DNA of 64,000 nucleotides from Heteronotia binoei (GCF_032191835.1 NC_083242.1:558001-622000), one strand, 5' to 3'; shown: positions 48,601-59,700, counted from the first letter of the stretch. Program-made: numbers and translations. The notes: a model not told the origin generated them from the sequence alone.

Positions 48601-51600
48601 CCCGAGGCCGCAACACAGCTGGCGCCTGCCACGTCGAGGGAGGCCCGCCCGAGGGTCCCGCCGGTCTTCGTGGCGGAGAACCAGCCCCCTCTGCTGAAAG
48701 GTCAGTAGGGCAGCCGTGGGCGTGAGCTGTGCACCCCACATGGGGCTGGGCTATGGGGTCACAGGGCAGCTGGGGATCTCCTGCAGGCACCTTTCAGATC
48801 AGGCCCTGGCCAGAACCCTTGGAGGAGGCCGGGGGGGGGGCTTCTCTGTGGCAGCTGAGGCTGTTGGTCATTGGCCTGCCCAGCTTCTGAGGGACTCCAG
48901 CCCTGTCCCTTTGTGCTCTGTCCCCCCACCCTGCCCAAGCCCTCCTTCTCCCTGCGGGGCTGAGCTGGGCCAGGGGGCGCTTCTCTTTCTCCCCGCAGCC
49001 CCTTTCCTGCACCTCCCCTGGGAGCTGGTCCTGGCCACGGAGTCCCACGGCGGCTTCAGGAGCCCCCCCTTGCCCGACGACCTAGGCCTCCTGCGCAGCA
49101 TCAACGCAACGGTGAGCAGCTCAGGGTGGGGGGTGGGGTGACCCTGGCACCCCTGGGTGGTGGTTTTGCCTGAGCTGCCCAGGCTGCCCCTTGGGGGGTG
49201 TCTCACCTCCCCCCTCCCTTCCTCTCTAGGTCGCACCCCTCTTTGCTCCTTTGCCTGGATTCCAGCGCCTGGAGGTGAAAAGTATCCGGTACCTGTTTGG
49301 TTGACTCCCTTGTGGAGTTTCTTGCCCACCCCCTTCTTAGGGGTCTCAGTAGCAAAAACCCCACCCAGGGAAGGCCAGCCCTTGAGGCCCCTGTAAGAGT
49401 GCCCAGCTCTGGGTTGGGACATTCTGGAGATTTGGGGAGGGGGCTCCACATGGGGTCAAGCCGGAGAGACCACCTTCCCAAGCTGCTCTTTAATCCCTGT
49501 GGTCAGGAGATACAACTCCTGATCTCCAGCTGACAGCTGGAGGTTGGCGACCCTAGGTCCCAAAGCCCAGCTCAGAGAGGCTTCAGGTGGGGCAGCACCC
49601 AAGAGAAAGGTGCCTGGGAGCAGGGGGGGCATTGTGGAGTCCCTGCATGGAGAAGGTCACCCAGAAGCCCCAGGAAGGAGCCGGGCGTGTTCCATAACGG
49701 GATGGCTCCACCCATCCAGCATTCCCCCACCCTGAGAGGCCTCCATTGGCTCTGAGGGCGGATCAGGGCCCCAGGCACAGCTACCTGCTGACTCCCCTGC
49801 AGCCCTTCTCTCCGCAGGCCGGGCGGGGTGGTGGTGCTCTTGGATGTCCTCTTCCTGGCGGGGGCCCCCGGCTTGTGGGCAGCTCTGAATCGGCCAGGCC
49901 TGCTGAAGCCGCTGCCTCTCACCCCGTGGGCTGGCAACACCAGTGTCGCCTGGAGCCTGGCGCTGGGTGAGTAGGCTGCCAGGCAGGAGGCGGTGGCGGT
50001 GGCCGGATCCTGGGCAGTCCCACTTGGAGGGCGTCTTTCGAGCAGAGGGGAGGGGCTTGGATGGGGCTGGGGGGCGAGGGCTTTGAGCACAAGGGGAGGA
50101 GACAGGGCACCTCCTCCCCCCAAGCTTAAAATGTCCACTTGATGTGGCCCAAGAGAAAGGTCTGGCTAAGGTGGCTCCCACCAGCCCCCTTGTCCTTGGG
50201 CGTGGATTGCTGTTGCCCCCTCCCCTAGCAGCTGTGCCAGGCTTTTGGGAACTCTCCCTCTCCAGAGAGCCTGCCTTTGTGGCTCTCAGCCGTGCTGTGC
50301 CTTTGGGGCACAGCACGGGTACGTTAACATCTCCTGCTCCAGGGGCTCTTGGGGAGGGGGGGGGGCTTGCTGGCCATGCCAGTTCTGAGCTACATGAGCC
50401 CCCCCCCAAGTGCCTGCTGCCTCCCTCTCTCCCCCCCCCCCCAGAAAGGCCTCTGGACCTGTGTGCAGAGTTCTTCTTGTGCCCTGATGGCTACGACTGC
50501 ATTGTGGGTGAGGACGGCAATGCCACCTGTGCCTCTGTGTGCCACCGGGCGTACTGCAAGAACCAGGGCATTTGCACCCATGCCAACAACCAGATGCCCG
50601 TCTGCCAGTGAGTGCCCAACAGGGCTCGTCTTCCTCAGGGCTGGTACGTCCATGTGGGGGCAGTGTCACCACCCGGCACCCGCCTGACCCTTCTGTCCCT
50701 CGGCTCCCCAGGTGCCCGGCGGGCAGTGATTTCTGGTTCCTGGGGGTGCGTTGTGACTACCGAGTGACCCAGCAGGGCTTGCTGGGGGGGGCTTGCGGCC
50801 TGCTGCTGAGCCTGCTGCTGATTGGGGCAGCCATCTTCGGCCTGGTGGTGCGCAGGGTCCGGCTGCTGCTGCTGGAGGCCAGGGCGGACCAGACCAAGAG
50901 CAGGTGAGGGGGCCCCAAGGGGGCTTGGTTGGGTGGGTGGGATGTGGCCCCTCCCTCCCCCTCCAAGAGATGCTCTTTCCTCTGTCCCGGGGCTGGAGGC
51001 ATTTCCTCTCCAGGGGCTCCAGTTCAAGGGAAGCTGGACAGGAGGGGGAATCTTGCAGTGGCCTGCTGCAATGGCCTGGGGTCAGCCACAGCTCTTGTGG
51101 GAGTTGTCCTTGAAAGGGCAGCTGCTGAGAGAGCTCTCTCAGCCCCACCCACCTCCCAGGGTGTCTGTTGTGGGGGAGGAACGGAAAGGAGATTGTGAGC
51201 TGCTCTGAGACTCTCCGGAGTGGAGGGCGGGATATAAATCCAATATCTTCTTCTACCTCCCAGGGTGTCTGTTGTGGGGGAGGAAGGGAAAGGAGATTGT
51301 GAGCCGCTCTGAGACTCTTTGGAGTGGAGGGCGGGATATAAATCCAATATCTTCATCTACCTCACAGGGTGTCTGTTGTGGGGGAGGAAGGGAAAGGAGA
51401 TTGTGAGCCGCTCTGAGACTCTTCGGAGTGGAGGGCGGGATATAAATCCAATATCTTCTTCTACCTCACAGGTTGTCTGTCGTGGGTGGTGGAAGGGAAA
51501 GGAGATTGTGAGCCGCTCTGAGTCTCTGGCCGTTTTCCCACTGAGCTTACCTCGGAGCGACGTCCCTCTTCACCGCGCAGCGTCTGCGTGGATTTCCCAC

Positions 51601-53763
51601 CAACTGCTCCGAGGAACCAGGAAGTTCCCGACCTTTTGCATCGCAAATGGAAACCGCTAAAACCCAGTTTACGTTAGCGACGCAAAAGCCGCGACTACTT
51701 GGTTACTCGGAGCAGCCTTGGAGCAGTTGGTGGGAAATCTGCGCAGACGCTGCGTGGTGAAGAGGGACGTCGCTCCGAGGTAAGCTCAGTGGGAAAACAG
51801 CCTCTGGTTCAGAGAGAAGGGCGGGGTATAAATCTGCAGTTTTCATCTTCTCTGGCAGCTACCGCCGCTTCTGCCGGCTGGACGACGTGTCAGCCCATTA
51901 CTGGTCGGAGCCCTGGCTGGCCTCGGCTGACTCCCTGGACAACCCAGCCTTCAGCAACTCCGAGGAGCTCCTGCACCTACAGATCCTGGAGCCCCCCGGC
52001 TGCACCTGCCCGGAGGGCTGCCTGCTGGCTGCCGAGGGACGCCCCCACAAGCCCCTGCAGGGCGGCCCCTCCCGGGGGGCTGCAGGCCGGCCCAGGTACC
52101 CTCCTTCTCCAAGGCCTCCTCCACCTCTGGACTTCCCCTCGGCTGCAAACAGGCTGGTCTCCTCCCCCCACCCCCCCGTCTGGCCAAAGTGCTCCAGTTC
52201 AGAGAAAGGTCCCCGGCCCCAAGGAAGTCACAGTCAAGCGGCAGGGAGAGGGAGAGCCTACTGTGGGGGGGTGTGGGGGGGAGGGCTGATCCTGGAGGAG
52301 GGGAAGCGGCAGGACAAGGCCTAGTCTCTGGCGCTGAGCCCAGCCCTGGAGGGGAGATAAGAGGAGGAAGCCCACAGCCAGCAGACTTGGAGGGAGGAGG
52401 CCAGGAGAGGGAAAGACACTCCAAAAGCAGGCCTCTGGCAGTGGGAAAAGGCAAGCCCAGAGTGTGCATCACGCCCCCCCTTCCCTTGCCACTGTTGCTG
52501 GCCTTTTGGCTATCCAGTCACAGCCCACTTCTGGCGACCCCCACCGCACCCTGTGGGCTTTTCAGGGCAAGAGGCCTTCCGAGGTGGTTGGCCCCTGCCT
52601 GCCTCTGCGTAGCCACCCTGCACTTCCCCGGGTGGTCTCCCATCTCCCAGGGCTGACCCTCTGGGCTTCGGAGATTGGGCTCACCTGTGCTGTCCAGGTG
52701 AGGGCAGAGGTGCTCGACTTGGCTGGTGTTCAAGAGCAGACCCCCCCTCCAGCCAGGCAGAGGCCTTCTGCAAAAGCATTGAAAGAGCCTGGGGGGGAGG
52801 GCAGAAAAGAAGCTCGGGGATGTCTGTCTGCTCAGTGCCTGGGGGGGGGGGAGTGGGAGGTGGTGCGACTCCACGTTTTGAGTCTACAGAGACCCCCATC
52901 AGCGGCTGGCTGCTCAGACTTTGCTTTCCTCCAGGAGCTGTGGGGAGGGGAGGGTGCCTTGGCCTGGTGGGAACGGTGTTGTAAGCAACCTGCCCCGCTT
53001 GCTTTGGGGGAGCGGTGGGGGGCAGGGGAAGAGAGCCAAGCTGGGAGGGGCCAGGAGGCATCCTGCTCCACTTCCTGCCATTGTGTCTGCGGCCAGGTCT
53101 CTCTGCAGCTGGGAGCGCAGTTCCGGCGGCGGCAGCAGCGGCAACGAGCACATGATTGACTCCGGGAAGGCCAGCGAAGTCTCCGTCTCCAGCTGGCCCA
53201 TGGAGCCCATCCAGTGGACCCCTTCACCAGCCCTGCACAGCCACGGCCACACCCGCCAGCCCACGGTGAGCGCAAGGGGGGGAGCTAAGGCTTGGACTTA
53301 GAGAAGCCTGCACTGGAGGCCCTTCCAGGCAGGAGACGAACGGAGGGGGGTTGCCCCTGCCTGCCTCCGTGGCTGCGGGGTGGCTGCGCAGCTCAGGGGC
53401 ACGAAAGGGATGTTTCTGTGCATCTGTGGCTGTAGAGGGCCCTTCTGAAAGCCAGCAGTGCCCCTGGGGAGCAGCCCTGTGAGAGCGGCCACTCCCCTCA
53501 GAGAAGCCGAACCCCCTTTTCTCTCTCTCTAGGCCTTCCCAGGGCGCCACCACCTCAGTCACCCCCTGGCTCAAAGGCCCCCTGGCCTGCACACCTCCAG
53601 CACCTGCCTGGGCTTGCCTGAGCCCACCCCGCAGGGCCTGGCCTCCAGCAGAGAGAGCTCCCCCTCACTCCCCTCCTCTCTTCCTCAGCACAAAAGCCGG
53701 CGGCCTCATTCGTACTGCGAGGGGATGGAGCTCATCAACCTGGAGAGAAGCTGGACAGCCTGA
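42623..53763 (+). CDS. Unnamed mucin-like type I membrane protein (signal peptide, PTS region, SEA-like, EGF-like, TM, long cytoplasmic tail), 10 exons, about 1084 or 1136 aa
   Basis: Exons 42623-42668, 46649-48700, 48999-49111, 49230-49288, 49818-49966, 50445-50607, 50712-50903, 51859-52095, 53097-53265, and 53533 or 53689 to 53763. All junctions are GT-AG and phase-compatible; sums 3411 or 3255 nt. Strong Kozak GCAGCATGG; MGGRLLPLLVLLGAT; 10-Cys module; TM GLLGGACGLLLSLLLIGAAIFGLVV followed by RRVR. Confidence 0.85.
44170..44392 (-). mobile_element. tRNA-derived SINE (family B)
   Basis: Reverse complement of the head GGTGGCTCAGTGGCAGAGCATCTGCTTGGCAAGCAGAAGGTCCC plus body. Confidence 0.75.
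45420..46540 (-). mobile_element. SINE family A with about 12 tandem 79-bp units (intron 1 of the mucin-like gene)
   Basis: Tail GAAGAAGAAG at 45420; one degenerate unit at about 45595, then CTGACCCAAGGCCATTCCAGC every 79 bp from 45672 to 46462; ends about 110 bp before the 46649 acceptor. Confidence 0.9.
51060..51842 (+). mobile_element. SINE family A 3' part, tail segment repeated three times, interrupted by a MITE
   Basis: GGAGATTGTGAGC(C/T)GCTCTGAG recurs at about 51189, 51292, 51392 and 51501; the final tail GGTTCAGAGAGAAGGGCGGGGTATAAATCTGCAGT resumes at 51806. Confidence 0.75.
51528..51802. mobile_element. Foldback MITE, PIF/Harbinger-like (about 83-bp TIRs, 3-bp TSD)
   Basis: Left arm GGCCGTTTTCCCACTGAGCTTACCTCGGAGCGACGTCCCTCTTCACC...CCACCAACTGCTCC is mirrored on the right with about 4 mismatches; TCT flanks both ends (51525-51527 and 51803-51805). 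Confidence 0.85.
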
Positions 53764-53978
53764 GCCCCGTGCAGCCCAGCCCAGCCCAGCTCCCAGAGGC
53801 CACAGAGGGGACCAGCTGGCTGTGCTGGCAGGACTCTCCCAAGGCAGCTCGGTTTCAGGAGACCAGCCCCCCCTTCCACCTCCAGGCCACAGGACGCAGG
53901 CAGCAGCCTGAGGGGCAAAGAGGACAACAGGGGTGGGGAGGGACCTCTTGTAAGTGACCGGACGAGGCCTCGAATGCC

Positions 53979-53984
53979 AGTAAA
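53979..53984 (+). terminator. Candidate variant poly(A) signal AGTAAA for the mucin-like gene
   Basis: About 215 nt after the stop, followed by T/GT-rich sequence; no canonical AATAAA seen nearby. Confidence 0.35.
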
Positions 53985-54099
53985 GCATCCCTTCCCCACC
54001 CCCACCACCTGGTCCCCTCTCTTTGCAAGTGTTCTTCTGTGATCTGAGTTACTCCAAAAAGGGGGGAAGGCAATGCCAGCAGGGATGGGACCACCAAGT

Positions 54100-55080
54100 C
54101 ATCAGAACACCAGAAGAGAGCTCGGCTGGATCAGACCAGGGAGAAGGGTCCACCTAGTCCAGCTCCCCATCTCACACAGGGGCCAACCAGTTCCTCTGGA
54201 GGGCCAACAACAGGGCAGAGAGGCCGAGGCCTTCCCCTGAGAAGAGCATCAGAAGAGCCCTGCTGGATCAGACCAGGGAGGGTCCATCTAGCCCAGCCTC
54301 CTGTCTCACACAGTGGCCAGCCAGTTCATCTGGAGGGCCAACAACAGGGCAGAGAGGCTGAGGCCTTCCCCTGAGAAGAGCATCAGAAGAGCCCTGCTGG
54401 ATCAGACCAGTGAGGGTCCATCTAGTCCAGTCTCCTGTCTCACACTGTGGCCAGCCAGTTCCTCTGGAGGGCCAACAACAGGGCAGAGAGGCCGAGGCCT
54501 TCCCCTGAGAAGAACCTCAGAAGAGCCCTGCTGGGTCAGACCAGGGAGGGTCCATCCAGTCCAGCCTCCTGTCTCACACAGTGGCCAACCAGTTCCTCTG
54601 GAGGGCCAACAACAGGGCAGAGAGGCTGAGGCCTTCCCCTGAGAAGAGCATCAGAAAAGCCCTGCTGGATCAGACCAGTGAAGGTCCATCTAGTCCAGCC
54701 TCCTGTCTCACACAGAGGCCAACCAGTTCCTCTGGAGGGCCAACAACAGGGCAGAGAGGCTGAGGCCTTCCCCTGAGAAGAGCATCAGAAGAGCCCTGCT
54801 GGATCAGACCAGTGAGGGTCCATCTAGTCCAGCCTCCTGTCTCACACAGAGGCCAACCACTTCCTCTGGAGGGCCAACAACAGGGCAGAGAGGCCGAGGC
54901 TGTCCCCACATTGCCTCCTGGCTCTGGGGTTCAAAGGTTTAGTGTCTCTGGATGTGGAGGTTCCCCTCAGCCATCCTGCTAGTAGCCACTGATAGACCAT
55001 GAGTCTATCCAATCCCTTTTGAAGCTGTCTGCTCCTGTGGCCATCTCTCCGGCAGCAAATCCCAGATTTCCATCTGTCCT
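54100..55080 (-). repeat. CR1 3'-end fragment with about 6 tandem 134-bp units, opposite orientation to the 12010-13380 array
   Basis: (C)ATCAGAA(G/A)AGCCCTGCTGG at 134-bp period (54247, 54381, 54515, 54649, 54783), followed by CR1-like AGTAGCCACTGATAGACC...CAATCCCTTTTGAAGCTG. Confidence 0.85.
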
Positions 55081-55187
55081 CCTTGTTAGTGTGTTGGGTT
55101 TTACAAGGGACTTTTGCACCCCCCCCCCCCGCCCCGCCCAACACACACACACAACAGTTCCGTGGTAAGCAGCCCAGAGTTCCATGA

Positions 55188-55193
55188 TTTATT
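55188..55193 (-). terminator. TNRC6A polyadenylation signal AATAAA
   Basis: TTTATT on the + strand at the end of an AT-rich 3'UTR of about 1.6 kb. Confidence 0.65.
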
Positions 55194-56776
55194 AATAGTT
55201 GGAGAAACGTCATAATTTTCAAACACAAACTCAACTGTACATTTTACAATCACCCCTGCTTGTAAACAGTTAAAAAGCCACTGACTTCTTCAGCATCTTC
55301 TTCGGACACAACAGCTAAGAATCAAGGCCATGAAATGAGTCTTTCAGCACAGTTAAAACATTTTTTTTATCCTTGTTTAGTCTTCTCTTTCAACTTCCCA
55401 GCTAAACAAGCAACAAGTAATATAATACCATTTGTGGCAAAAAAAAAAGGGGGGGAGGGAATGATGATTTTAACACTTCCACAAGAAAAGCAGTTGCAAG
55501 AACTCCTTAAACATTTAAAATTTTATACAACAAAAGTTTCTGTAAGCCCAGGACCTCGGTTACAGTCTGCATAGTTACCCGGTTCGTCTTTAAGGTTAAA
55601 CACTGAACAAACTCACGAGAGAGAGCAGGGCTGAAGGGCGGAGAATAAAGAGATTCAGAGGCTAAGCCCCCCACCCCACCCCCAGCACTGGAAAGCAGTC
55701 CGACTCCAGCAAGGTGAAGCAATTTTTGGCAGAAGTTTGACCGAGCAAGTCATGAAGATCAGTGCTAAAACGTGATTTTTCCTAGAAGGAGCTACAGGAA
55801 TCGGATGAGGGCCTTGGTTTTCCTGAGAGCCACGCGCTCTGCGAGTCAGTCGGGGCGAGGAGCCGTACACGTGCATGCACGCCACGTGGCCAAAAACTGC
55901 TCGGGTTTCCCAGAGAGAGAGAGAGAGAGATAGAAGCATCTGGATCAGCCCTGCTTCTGTCGGTGGTGTTTTTAAAAAGTAATTTTTAAAAAGGATGGAA
56001 GAGTAAACATTGTTTCTCAAAAACAAGAATGCACAATTTCTGTAAACAAGGCAGCGCCCCCCCCCAACACAGGAGCCCTTCTCCCCCCCCCCAAAAAAAA
56101 GAAAAGAAAAGAAAAAACCCCAGAAGCCTACAGAAAGTGCAGAACCTGCCCGGGACGCCAATCTCAGCCACGCAGTTTTCGCTGGGTGCCCATGCCACTC
56201 TGCCCGACTCACCTAGTGCCAGGCCTTGCCTTCCCTTCCCTCTCCTCCCCGTCACGTGCTTGATTGTGGCTGGAGGGGCATCAAGGCACTGTGGAACACC
56301 CCCTGGCCCCCGCCAGGAAATGCTGCCCATCAATGGCCACCTCCGCCAGGCAGGAAACGGGCCGGCCAGCCCCCTGCAGGGCAACGAAGGCTCTGGGGCC
56401 CAGATGGTCAGCAGTCAAGGGACCGATGCAAAGGAGAAACCACACGACAGGCCAACAGACACACACAGCCACACAGCACAAAGCCTGTTGACTCTCAGGA
56501 GGCTCCTAAAACTACCCAAAACGCTCTCTGGAAGTTTCCATCCGTCACTTTTTTTCACATTATAGACTTGGCCTGCAGGATTCAAGTATTCAAACTGGCA
56601 CGTTGGGGGTTAACACATGTATGGGGGGGGGGAGGAAATGTGCACAAAAGTAACGGCTTCCACAGGTGACCGCCCCCCAGTCCGCCCTCCCCCCAGGCTG
56701 CAGGGGGTGTGGGCAGAGGGCAGGGGGGGGGGCAGATGTAGTGCTGCTTCCTGCCGTGTCTTCTGAGGTCACAGTT

Positions 56777-59700
56777 TCATTCGCTGAAGGAGGAGAGGGG
56801 GTGGCACTGGCTGCCCCCCAGGTGGTCGACGGAGGAGAGGAATGCGTGGAGTGGGGAGGGGCTGCTGAGGCCCTGGCCATCGCCGCTGCCCAGGGAGCCC
56901 CACAGGCCAGCAGAGGGGTAGCTGGGGCTCCCCCCCCAGAGGGAGGTGCTTGGGAGCTCCCCACCCCCGCCCCCCTGCAGTCCAGCCCCCGTCCAGTGAT
57001 TGCTCAGCTCGCCGCTGCTGCCGCCGCTGCTGCGGAAGGCGGAGGGGGAGGAGGAGGCGTCCAGGGAGCCCAGCCGGCTCTGGCCACTGCCCAGGGACTG
57101 CCAGGCCGGGGAGGAGGGGGCCAGAGACGGGCCTTGTGCAAAGAAGCGGCTGATCTCCTCTTCACTGGCTAGCTCCGCCAGGATTGTCGTGTTCCCCAAG
57201 ACACACCTGTGCAGGGAGGGGGGAAGGGTCAGCCTCTCCGCCCACTCCTCTCGGGGGCCCATCCTGGGGGACCCCAAGCCCTCCCCCCCCAACACTCCAC
57301 ACCTTGGCTCTTGGGATCCCACCCCCCTTCCAGCAGGAGAAGGCGGCGGCTGCGGATTTATACACTCCACCCTTCTCTCTGTATCAAGCGCCTATAGCTT
57401 CTTCCTGCACAACAGACACCCTGGGAGGTGGGTGGGGCTAAGAGGGCTCTCCCAGCGGCTGCCCTTTCAAGGACAACTCCTGCAAGAGCTCTGGCTGACC
57501 CAAGGCCATTCCAGCAGGTGCAACTGGAGGAGTGGGGAATCCAACCCGGTTCTCCCAGATAAGAGCTCTGGCTGACCCAAGGCCATTCCAGCAGCTGCAA
57601 GTGGAGGAATGGAGAATCAAACCCGGTTCTCCCAGATAAGAGAGCTCTGGCTGACCCAAGGCCATTCCAGCAGGTGCAAGTGGAGGAGTGGGGAATCCAA
57701 CCCGGTTCTCCCAGATAAGAGTCTGCACATTTAACCACTACACCAAACAGGTCAAAGACCAACATGACCACAACTTTGGGTCCAGCTGGAAACTGCCCCC
57801 ACCAGGGAACTCTGAAATCCCACCTGCATTGCGAAGGATCCCCTTGCACATTTCCTCCCGGGTCAGCAACTCCCCTCACCAGAGCTCTCTGCTGGAGGGA
57901 ACCCCCCCCCCCCCCCAGCCACTCACATGTGCAGGGACTTCTGTGCCTTTGCCACCTCTTCTTTTGAACTGTAGCGGACCAGGGCGTTGCCGTGCGGGAG
58001 GTTCAGGTGGAAGGTGATGAGCGGCCCGTGCTGCATGCAGAGCGTCCGCAGGGTGGAGCCATCAATCTGCGGGGGGGGGGGGGGGGGGGAGAAGCAAGGA
58101 CACGCGCCGTGGCACACGTACTTTCTCGGGGGTGGGGAATGCCCCCCACAAGCCCCAGGGGGCCACTCCACTCACCTGCGGCGTGAGGTTCTTCAAGATG
58201 AGAGAGCAGCTAGTGAGTCCCCCTGAGCTGCTCTCCACCCAATGGGAACCTAGAAGACGACGACAATGTTGGATTTCTATCCCGCCCTCCACTCCGAAGA
58301 GTCTCAGATCGGCTCACAATCTCCTTTCCCTTCCTCCCCCACAACAGACACCCTGTGAGGTGGGTGGGGCTGAGAGGGCTCTCACAGCAGCTGCCCTTTC
58401 AAGGACAACCTCTGCCAGAGCTCTGGCTGACCCAAGGCCATTCCAGCAGCTGCAAGGGGAGGAGTGGGGGAATCAAACCCGGTTCTCCCAGATAAGAGGG
58501 CTCTGGCTGACCCAAGGCCATCCCAGCAGGTGCAAGTGGAGGAGTGGGGAATCAAACCCGGTTCTCCCAGATAAGAGGGCTCTGGCTGACCCAAGGCCAT
58601 TCCAGCAGCTGAAAGTGGAGGAGGGGGGAATCGAACCCGGTTCTCCCAGATAAGAGAGCTCTGGCTGACCCAAGGCCATTCCAGCAGCTGCAAGTGGAGG
58701 AGTGGGGAATCAAACCTGGTTCTCCCAGATAAGAGGGCTCTGGCTGACCCAAGGCCATTCCAGCAGCTGCAAGGGGAGGAGTGGGGAATCAAACCCGGTT
58801 CTCCCAGATAAGAGGGCTCTGGCTGACCCAAGGCCATTCCAGCAGCTGCAAGGGGAGGAGTGGGGAATCAAACCCGGTTCTCCCAGATAAGAGGGCTCTG
58901 GCTGACCCAAGGCCATTCCAGCAGCTGAAAGTGGAGGAGGGGGGAATCAAACCCGGTTCTCCCAGATAAGAGAGCTCTGGCTGACCCAAGGCCATTCCAG
59001 CAGCTGCAAGGTGAGGAGTGGGGAATCAAACGCGGTTCTCCCAGAGAAGAGTCCGCACTCTTAACCACTATACCAAACTGGCTCTCCAGGAGAGACCAAA
59101 ACAGGCAGGTGGCGCCTCCACTCCACAGAGCCCAAGGAGGGCCGTCCCCGAGCTCTGATTCCTGGGCCCAACGGGGTCAGCAGCCGCCAGACTCCCCTTC
59201 TGCCCCAACTCAACTCCTGGCTGGCAGGGCCAAAGCAGCAGCAGGAAGCTCTCACTTACCCGCAGGGGCGTATCTGGCCTCGGGGCTGCTCCAGCCGCCG
59301 CCGCCCAGCCGCATGGAGCTGTCCCAGGCCGGGAGAGGCAGCTTGTGGCCGCTCAGCCCCGGGGGCGGGCGTGATGGGGCAGGGATGCTGCCCTTGCTGG
59401 GCAGAGGGACTTTCCACAGCTCGTGAGCCAAGGAGGAGTTGCTCAGGGAGGCCGCAGACCACATGGATTTGGAGTCACTGTTTCTAGCTGCGGGGGCGGG
59501 GAGGGAGAGAAAGCAAAGCGCTGAGACGGGGGGGGGGGGCACACGGAAGCAGCCAGCGAGGGGGGGGCAGGGGAACCCCCCGGGAGGGCCCGCTCCCACC
59601 TGAAGTGCTTTGTGCTGTGCTGCTGAGGGAACCATTGTAGCTGGAGGCACGAACGGAGGACCAGGCACTAGTCGAAGGCAGCGCGGTGTTCAGAGATGAG

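Noticed and set aside
42623-53763. Naming the mucin-like gene MUC1, MUC3, MUC13, IMPG2 or HEG1
   Set aside because: Architecture is shared, but I do not recognise the tail sequence or synteny as any of these; orthology needs a phylogeny.
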